A stretch of 64,000 bases of DNA from Eledone cirrhosa (lineage: Eukaryota). The stretch covers positions 90,644,001-90,708,000 of the forward strand of contig OZ024745.1 of the NCBI GenBank assembly GCA_964016885.1, written 5' to 3'. The notes beneath the pieces are model-generated. The model saw only the letters and a list, made by a program, of their open reading frames with translations. It made no database searches and had not been told where the DNA came from. This document shows positions 54,816 through 64,000 of this stretch, piece by piece (positions within the stretch are counted from its first letter, which is position 1; every line of letters starts with the position of its first letter). The position numbers and the translations under genes were made by a program.

Positions 54816-56658
54816 CAAAGATATCTTATAACTGAGGTTAGAACCTCAGTAAAAAAAAAAATATATATTGGTATCATAAACAGAACTTTATCCAACCCTT
54901 GCTAGCAGGGAAAAACGGATGTTAAATGACGGTGGTGATGTTGATGATGATAAGAACTGGCAGGCAAGTGATTTTACAGTAAACTCCTATCAGCTTTGCT
55001 CTCTCTGACAGTCCTTTCTTGTCAAACAGCTTCATGAGACAGTCCTTAAGTATTATCACAAGACATTATCAGCATACTCAGATAATATAGCTAATGATAG
55101 CAGATAAACACAGGTTCAATCAGCTTTCGCAGCTGGACTATATTTCACCAAATTCAAAATGCATGTTATCTGTTATCCTTCAGTTACAAGTGGCATTGCA
55201 AGTTGAAGAATATCAGAAAATGCTAGTCGGAGTTCCAAGTAGCAAGCAACCAGCCAACAATGCCAATAATTCCAGCCAGCCAGCCAGCCAGCCAGCCAGT
55301 CTGACAGCCAGCCAGACAAGCTAGTCACCGGTTCGATTAGATGAGTCTCTCAAGAAATACTTCCACATCAGTCCATCGTCTGAGCAATGACACCAGATGA
55401 ATGTATTGAACTGATGAGAGGCAGGCGAGACAGAAATGACGATACACAGAAGGAAAGGAAAGCAAAACAAAGCAAAGCAAGTCAGTTGAAGGCAAAATAT
55501 TGATCTGTAGCAGCAGTGGGAGCCGACTTCATGATGGCATCTCTGTTCTTATCCAAGAGAAAAGAGGAAGTTCAGTAGTAACAGCAGCAGCTGCTGCAGC
55601 AATGATAGCAGCAGCAACAAGAGCAGCAGTAGCAGCAACAGTAGTTACCAAGGAGAGAGGGGGTGAAGAAAAACAGAAAGAGAGAGGGGAAAAAAACAGA
55701 GGAGAGACAGGAAAGAAAGAGAGGGGAATAAGATGAAAGGAAAGAAAGAGAAAAAGAGAGACAGATGTTTATGTTTGCTTCACTCATCCTTTCTCATTTA
55801 GTATGTTACTTGGAGATTGGAAGAAAGGTTGACTGATACAAGACAACATGACACAGCTTTGACAGCCAATAAGTCAGTGTGTGTTTCACAGTCTCCCCTG
55901 TCCTTCAACTGACAGGCCTGCCCACTCCGCTACACAGACACACTCACACACAGAGACACACCAGTCTACAGCTTCATCTTCCAAGCAAACTACATTTATT
56001 GATAAACTGGAAAAATAAAGCAATAACTTCCTTGCACAAGCTGTTAATGATAATAAAACAGGACTCTCCTCCGTCGTCCAGCATTTAACGAGCAATTTAA
56101 TGAACAGCTTTAATACTATAAATATTAGAGGAAGGGTGGGTAAGAAAGTAATTAGCCACTAATGAAATGTACCAACATTCTTCAACACTCGACCACCATT
56201 AATATTACAGTCACCACACAGCATCACCACCACCACCACTACTACTACCTATAACACAACTGTTGAATCTCTATGCAGTCGCTTGATCCGCTAGAAATAA
56301 TAGCCATATCTCTCTTAAAATACACCCTAATACTTACATAAATAAAGACTATATTGATAAATATAGACAGAAGTACTTAATGTTTATAAGAAATAATAGA
56401 TGGTCATGATAGGAAGGGCTTTGATGAAAGGTCAGCTGGGTTAAAATGACCTGGGACTAAACTGTAATATAACATACCAAATTATATTACTATAATTTGC
56501 ACTGTTATTATCTTTATCAACACCTACCTGGTACAAATACCACTACCACCACCACCTATACCAATACTACCACCACCCATACCATTACCATTAATCCGAC
56601 ATGAAAATAATAGCACTACCACCACACTACCGCCACAATACAAATACTACTACTGCTG

Positions 56659-56692
<34 letters not shown>

Positions 56693-56798
56693 CAGCTGCT
56701 ACTGGCCACCATCATCATCAACTACATACGCTCAAATACCAACACCCACACACCCTATCATAGAAAAAGGACATATTATATAATGTATTTATGAGTAA

Positions 56799-56851
<53 letters not shown>

Positions 56852-57266
56852 ACCTGGAGAAAATATGGGATGGTCATGGTTAGAACGCCTTTGACCATAA
56901 ATCTGATCAATCAGGAATGACCTAGTGGTTAAACAACAACATTCTCCAACAGCATAACTGTACATACTACCACTACAATAATATTTCTCCAACACACACA
57001 CACACACACACACACATGTACACACAAACGCGCATGCATACACACACACACATGCACATTCACATACACAAGAGGCACACATACACACACACAGAATCAC
57101 ATCCCCCCCCACAGACACACTCAAACATACATGCACGCATGCGCATGCACACATACACACACAAACAAACATACACACACACCAGAAAAAACAATACTAC
57201 AGACATACAAATAAACACCTCTACACTAGGCTAGTAATACCACCGCCACCAATAACACCTAGCCAT

Positions 57267-57496
57267 ACAGCTGTGATTAGTCTACATACAACATCGCTAT
57301 CAGAAGACCTATTGCTACTTGTAGCATCACCCACATCACTGGCCACTATCACCAACCAATTCACTATGTCCAAACCACAGCTGTGATTAATCTACTAACA
57401 ACATCAATATCAGAAGACCTATTGCTACCTGGAGCATCACCCACATCACCGGCCACTATCACCAACCAATTCACTATGTCCGAACCTCTGCTGTGA
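57267..57496 (+). repeat. 110-bp tandem duplication
   Basis: acagctgtgatta..cagaagacctattgctac..caattcactatgtcc twice. Confidence 0.85.
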
Positions 57497-57702
57497 TCAG
57501 TGATAATCACTTCCTTACTCAGCTACATCTTCACACCAATCATTCAAACAAAGAAAGAGATAAGAAGTGTATTCAACACAATTGTGCATCTTGTCTTCAT
57601 TGCTTTTCTTTTTCTTTAATTGCAAACAGAGGTATATGGTCTTTAAAGCGATGAAATACCAATGAAGGCTGGAAGATCACTGATGAAGGACTAAATTTAT
57701 TC

Positions 57703-57733
<31 letters not shown>

Positions 57734-57735
<2 letters not shown>

Positions 57736-58070
57736 CACATGGCTTAGTGGTTAGAGCATTGGCCTTGCAATCGAAAGGTTGTGAGTTCAATTCTCAGACC
57801 GGTTGATGTGTTGTTTCCTTGAGCAAGACACTTTATTTCACATTACTCCAGTTTACTCAGCTGTAGAAATGAGATGATAGGGACTGGGGTCCCTATCATT
57901 CCACTGCAAAGTGGTCGTGGAGGTGCCACAGGAAAAAAAGCACCCAGCACTCACTGTAAATGAGGTTGGTGTTAGGAAGGGCATCCAGCTGTAGAAATCA
58001 AGCCAGAATCAGTTCCCGTCCCACCCTTGCAAGCAGGAAGAAGCCGACGTAAAATGAAATGAATGATGAT
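57734..58070 (+). mobile_element. SINE family A (tRNA head, RTE tail), full length
   Basis: ggcacatggcttagtggttagagc..gagttcaattc..ccttgagcaagacactt..gttaggaagggcatccagc..(atg)n. Confidence 0.87.
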
Positions 58071-58088
58071 ATATATATATACATATAT

Positions 58089-58421
58089 CAGGGGCGAAGG
58101 GTCCGTGCATGCGTTATAGAATCTTGAGTTGATCAATTGCGTTGGTTGAAGCAAGTAGAATTTTGGCTGCTTACTAAAACGTATAGACACAAAAAAAAAT
58201 ACACACACATACACACACGACAGCTTTGGGGCAAGCAGAATTTGACTGCTTACTAAATCGTAGACACATAAAAAGATAACACACACACACACTAGATAAC
58301 ACTACATGCGGCTTTGACCGGGAGGGTCATTTAGAGGGAATGGGGGGGGGCTGCACAGCCCCACTTTCCGCCATGGCGATTGGACTGCATGTCCTGCTTT
58401 CCAGGTTATCCTTCGCCATTG
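58089..58421. mobile_element. hAT-like MITE
   Basis: TIRs caggggcgaagg / ccttcgccattg; flanks acatatat and atatatat are compatible with an 8-bp TSD (low complexity). Confidence 0.55.
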
Positions 58422-58581
58422 ATATATATATATATATATACACACACATACATACATACACATACACACGTATGTGTGTGTGAGTGTGTAACACCAGCAG
58501 GGAGGGAAAATAGAAATAAAGCGACTAAATATAAATAAAAATTATCGATATATATATATCTCACAGTTTAACCACAGTAAG

Positions 58582-58613
<32 letters not shown>

Positions 58614-58649
58614 CATCGACATCATCATTTAATGACCACACACACACAT

Positions 58650-59420
58650 CTACGTATGTATGGTCCTGTAACTCCTGGTAGAGTCATAGGAAATGCAGTC
58701 TGCAAGCTAAGCCTGCAAACTAACTGCAAAACTAGAAACGTAGTATATAGCATAAGATGTACTGAAGGACAGTGTAAGAATAAGAACACAACATACATAG
58801 GCAAAACAGCCCATAGCATAGGAGAAAGCATAAGTGAACATTGGTGAGAACTCCAAGATGGGAAAAACTCATCAGTACTCCACCAACAGGCAAAAATAGA
58901 ACATAGGGGCACACTGGAGAACATAGAGATAAACATTATATCCACACACAGAAAAGATGCAATGCTCAAACAAATCACAGAGACAACAAACATAAACAAA
59001 CTTCAACCAAAATTAAACAGAAAACATGAGTGGAATAGCAACATCACACCTAGTAATTAAGGACAAAATGAAGTTATTCAGACACACACAAAAACCAAAC
59101 TAATAAGACAAATCAGACTCACACAGATAGAACAAACAACCAACTAGTGACAAGTAAATAAACACATAAATAAATAAATAAAAACACACCTGGATGTAAT
59201 GCATGCGCAAACCAAGCACACAGCACACAACACGCAAAAACAAGAAGGTGTAGGACAGAACAAAGGCGGGACACAAAATAAAAACCCAGTCACTGAGGTC
59301 ATAGAATGTGTGACAAAAGAGCTTTGACAATATATAAACAACCATCTGGTTATTGAACAAACCAACCAACCACCAGGTGCGCGTGTTTTTATTGGCAGCA
59401 TGGCCCTCCCAAAATATAAC
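58650..59420 (+). mobile_element. Penelope-like element 3' fragment (GIY-YIG endonuclease + 3' region with relic hammerhead at 59289-59328)
   Basis: CKTRNVVYSIRCTEGQC..TYIGKT..SEH..E..INKLQPKLNRKHEW; relic gtca-ctga-ggtcata..tgtgac-aaaa-gagctt-tgac. Confidence 0.78.
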
Positions 59421-59450
59421 AATATATATATATATACATGCATGGCATGA

Positions 59451-59508
<58 letters not shown>

Positions 59509-59550
59509 CTTCAAAATATTAATAAATATAGACATTCATGTGATCAAATA

Positions 59551-59616
59551 TATTTTATTATACATATTTCAGAGATACTGAGCTATTTCAACAGTACGTC
59601 CTCATCTGATAAAATA
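59551..59616 (-). ncRNA. Type I hammerhead ribozyme with one core mutation; same design as 36796-36857
   Basis: Reverse strand tattttat-CAGATGA-ggacgtactg..cagtatctct-GAAA-tatgta-TA-ataaaata. Confidence 0.65.
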
Positions 59617-59760
59617 AGTTGATGCTTGACATACCTTGACTATGTTGATGGTTATAATTTAGTCATGGCAGTAATTAGTTATGACAAAACTCGATATTTA
59701 TATACCTTAAGTTGAAACATGAAAAATGATATATAATAGAGAGGGTGCTATGAGAATGTG

Positions 59761-59970
59761 TAAAAAGATATATAAATAATTAATAATATATAATACATAA
59801 ACTTATATAACTGTTAAAAATGTTAATCTCTTTCCTCATGATTTGCTATCTCGATCTATCACTTCCACTATCAACAATAATGAGGTATAAATATATTATT
59901 ATTATTTAAATTTTTAACAGTTATATAAGTTTAGGAATTATATATTATTAATTATTTATATATCTTTTTA
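59761..59970. repeat. Inverted repeat with roughly 60-bp arms
   Basis: taaaaagatatataaataattaataatatataa..aaacttatataactgttaaaaa is mirrored at about 59909-59970. Confidence 0.8.
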
Positions 59971-60061
59971 ATATTAATAACTCCAGAAAACCTTTCTGTA
60001 GCGTGCTTATAATCTATTGTCAAACTTTATTCTTTGATGAATTCATTGAACCTTGTTAAAC

Positions 60062-60102
<41 letters not shown>

Positions 60103-60104
60103 TG

Positions 60105-61052
60105 TGCAGGCCATGTATAAAGGAGCCACCAGCAAAGTGAGAGTTGGCAATGAGTACAGTGATTAATTTGAAGTGCAAGTGGAGGTCCACTAATAATTTA
60201 TGGATGCACAAAAGATGTAGTAGGATTGCAGCCAGGCTAATGGAAATGATAGAGTTTGTATGTAGCAGACACACAGGAAAAGTAAACACTAAGAGCACAT
60301 GTGAAATGAATACCTTCAGTTGCCAGGGAGGCTCTTTAGAAGTTATTGACATATTTTGTTACCTACGTGACCAAATTAGAAGTGGGAGATAATCAGAAGA
60401 GGCTGGAAGAAGTTTAGGGAGCTGTTACCTCTGCTGACAACAAAGAGCTTTTCTTTCAGAGTGAAGGGTAGACTGTATAGTACCTGTGTGCAAACTACAA
60501 AGCTATATGGTAGTGAAACATGGGCCCTAACAGCAGAAGACCGACAGAGGCCAGAAAGAAACAAATTGAGTATACTCCGATATGTGTGTAATGTTAGTGT
60601 ACATGAATAACATAGCATAAACAAACTGAGGGGAAAACTTGACATAAGAGGAATTGCTAGTATAGTTATATGATGTGGGAGGAGAGAGTGAGTTGCATAA
60701 AAAAGAGTGCTAAGTGCTTGAAGTGGAAGGTGCCTGTGGATGAAGGAGACCAAGGAAGACATGGGATGAAGTTTTTAAGAATGACCTAAAGAAACAGAAC
60801 TTCACAAAGGAGATAACACAAGACCAAGTTGACTGTAATGACGATATAAAGAGATGGGATCTGATGACTGAGCTCTTGTTGTTCCAACAGCTAGTACCAG
60901 ACTATTTGCCGAGGGGCTTTGCAGTTTATTGGCTGTCTCATCAGGGTGTGGTTTGTCCAAATAAGGGTATACATTATTCATCCAATTCCAATTATATAGC
61001 AGGGAAAAGTGGACGTATGGTGGTGATGGTGGTGGTGGTGGTGGTGGTGATG
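60105..61052 (+). mobile_element. Degenerate RTE LINE 3' fragment
   Basis: Manual translation: GWKKFRELLPLL, KGRLY, YGSETW, RRPRKTWDEV; tail ggacgt(atg/gtg)n. Confidence 0.8.
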
Positions 61053-61702
61053 AATGTATGTATGTATGTATATATGTCAGGTCACCACTTGGGGCTACTG
61101 GTAACATGTATCCCAGTACAACCTGTCTCATGGTCGGGTCGTTGGCGACTAAACTGGCAACCCCACCAAGGTTTCTTGGTGAGGAGGGTGACTTTGGACA
61201 TCCTGCAGGACTAAAAACAAAACCTGTCAAAGGGCAAAGGAGCTCTTAAGAGTTAATGGCCATCCAAAATCACTGGGAGAGATGACCCCTTAGCCTTTAT
61301 CAAGGCAGAATTCTAGGAGAAGGAAAACTCTGATATAACACCTGCAACCCTGATGGTATCCAATGATGTTGACTTGTTCTTCTTTTTGGTAAATATCATC
61401 TTGGTTAAGAGAGTGGGACTGGCTTTGTGCAGTGCCTTTGCTCACTATAAAAGCTTCACTGCACAGGCATTGCTTTGTATCTGGAGATCTCTCTGCACTT
61501 GTCGTCACATGGTACCATGGGCCCAGCACTATGTGTCAATAATTGTCACAAGTGTAGTGTTTGTACCAGATTTTTCAAGTCGCTGGCTGGACTAAAAAGT
61601 CACACTTGTTCAGCGCATCGGTAGGGGTTCTCCTACATGGATATAAAGTAGTGGTCGTACTCGAAAACGAGTTGGATGGATGGATGGATGGATGGATGGA
61701 TG

Positions 61703-61761
<59 letters not shown>

Positions 61762-62027
61762 TGAGATAGGTCCAGGCCATGTTTGTTCCTTCCCAATCAT
61801 TCTAGAATTAACATGTGGCTTCTGTGTACTGGGTGCAGCAATTGAACTCGAGGACACGGGATGCAGGAAATTTCATTCAGTCCAGGCTAATTTATATAAC
61901 GCTCGTACATAGTCCCGATCTTACCACTAATGTCCTGTTGTGAGAGATCAGGTCAAAGGACTGTGTTTCACTCACACGGGACTGATTTTGGCTTGGTTTC
62001 CTTCCTAATGCCAACCACATTTACAGT

Positions 62028-62443
62028 GTGGATTGGGCACTTTTTGTTGTGACACCTACACAAACACTTTACAACGTGGATTGGGCACTTTTTGTTGTGA
62101 CACCTACACAAACACTTTACAACGTGGATTGGGCACTTTTTGTTGTGACACCTACACAAACACTTTACAACGTGGATTGGGCACTTTTTGTTGTGACACC
62201 TACACAAACACTTTACAACGTGGATTGGGCACTTTTTGTTGTGACACCTACACAAACACTTTACAACGTGGATTGGGCACTTTTTGTTGTGACGCCTACA
62301 CAAACACTTTACAACGTGGATTGGGCACTTTTTGTTGTGACACCTACACAAACACTTTACAACGTGGATTGGGCACTTTTTGTTGTGACGCCTACACGAA
62401 CACTTTACAACGTGGATTGGGCACTTTTTGTTGTGACACCTAC
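62028..62443. repeat. 48-bp minisatellite (8 full copies + 1 partial) within a minus-strand RTE 3'UTR-like piece
   Basis: gtggattgggcactttttgttgtgacacctacacaaacactttacaac; nearly identical copies, homologous to the units at 30175-30375. Confidence 0.95.
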
Positions 62444-62857
62444 TTTATAGTGAGGGATGGGCACTTTTGTTGTGGTTCCAGAGGGACCACTTCATGGTGT
62501 GAAATGGGAACTTGGGTGGGTGGCGAAGAAGCTTGGAGAAATTGAGGACATAGGTATAGGGGAGGGATGATTACAGCAAAGGAGATGTCTGGGAGGGGTG
62601 ATGGTAGGTGTTGACTTGACTACTAGATATATGCCTCTGCTCGAGCATATATATACACAAAGGTACACACACACACAAATTACACATACAATCATTCCAA
62701 TAATGTCCTGGGTTAGATGAATCTGCAATCCAACATCTTAATTTATTTCAATTCTACGTCTTATCACCTGAGAAGCAACATTCTCAGATTTCTTTATATA
62801 TCTTCCCCCTACGTTTTCCCTCGTCTAGCTGTCTCAACAACTCCCCATCATGAACAG

Positions 62858-62904
<47 letters not shown>

Positions 62905-62967
62905 TGCATATATGCACATACAAATTGATATGTAAACGTGTGTGCACAAGTGGTGGGGGTGGGGTGA

Positions 62968-63007
<40 letters not shown>

Positions 63008-63017
63008 CACACACATA

Positions 63018-63055
<38 letters not shown>

Positions 63056-63705
63056 ATGGGCATGGATGGACACACATTTTTTTTATTGAGGGGGAGGGCC
63101 TTTTTTACATCCAAGTGAATCTACGCATATAAACATACATATGTTTAATAGCGAACATAGGAATTCTAGGATATATGTAATATATTCTCATGTGATGTGT
63201 GTGATGCATCTGTGCACATCAGGCCTATGTGCATTTGGTAGGGGGCAAGGGTGTGCAAGGTTCAATATAATTATTCAAAAAAATTTTAAATAAACAACCA
63301 ATAAAAACGTTAATTAGTCATTCACAAGTGAAATTTAACCCACATCACTCAATGCTCTTCCGAAACACTCGTAGTACTATATACACTAATTATTGAGAAA
63401 ATGAGATCGTTAAGCAGGAAACAGATATTGGGGGGGGGGGGGGTCTGTGTAGGTGTATATTAACATATGCTTACATCACTTAATGCATGTGGTTGAGTGT
63501 GTGGTGCGTTGAATCGTTATGAGCATATAACTGCATATATGCAACTGTCTGAATAAATGTATGCAACTGTGTATGAGCATGCATGCATACCATCATTATC
63601 ATTATCATCGTTTTATGTCTGCTTATCTATACTTGCATGGGTTGGATGGGTCTTTTCCACCACAGCACCTCTTCACTTGGTGCGTTTCTTCATTTACACA
63701 CACAT

Positions 63706-63990
63706 ATGTGTGTATTAGTATGCATGTTTGCAATATGAATGTATACATATTGCAAATATGCATGCTTATACATATATAAATACACACACACACATATATA
63801 TATATACATAAACATATATATATAAATACACACACACACATGTGTGTATTAGTATGCATGTTTGCAATATGAATGTATACATATTGCAAATATGCATGCT
63901 TATACATATATATATATAAATACACACACACACACACACATATATATACATAAACATATATATACACACACAGAGACACATACATACACA
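63706..63990 (+). repeat. Roughly 135-bp tandem duplication
   Basis: atgtgtgtattagtatgcatgtttgcaatatgaatg...catgcttatacat twice. Confidence 0.85.
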
Positions 63991-64000
63991 CATATATATA

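Noticed and set aside
55410-55445. CTGATGA...GAAA hammerhead-like core
   Set aside because: The intervening sequence cannot form stem II, and no convincing stem I/III arrangement is present.
57678-57705. CTGATGA motif
   Set aside because: No stem II or downstream GAAA.
57734-57805. tRNA gene
   Set aside because: A and B boxes are present, but the sequence continues into a SINE body and RTE tail, so it is a SINE head.
62028-62443. CRISPR-like regular array
   Set aside because: Head-to-tail 48-bp units with no unique spacers, no cas genes and a eukaryotic context. The same applies to 28227-28600 and 30175-30375.

Overview
AT-rich, microsatellite-dense eukaryotic DNA. The SINE families and repeat landscape suggest a coleoid cephalopod such as Octopus (inference). 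It is probably intronic or gene-proximal. One convincing host coding exon is present (54109-54815, minus strand, product unknown). Most of the rest is transposon debris: a DD37D (maT) Tc1/mariner, R4/Dong-type and CRE-type RLE non-LTR elements, many RTE LINE pieces, Penelope-like elements (PLEs), two tRNA-derived SINE families, TTAA/piggyBac-type MITEs, a non-autonomous Helitron and many mini/microsatellites. The most notable signal is a set of minimal type I hammerhead ribozyme motifs found by eye: two intact, three with point mutations, one relic. Three lie downstream of inverted duplications, including a roughly 1.05-kb fold-back with an intact hammerhead and AATAAA at 15815-17047. Most long ORFs in the supplied track are simple-repeat artefacts. 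All folds, alignments and family calls were made manually, with no database search.
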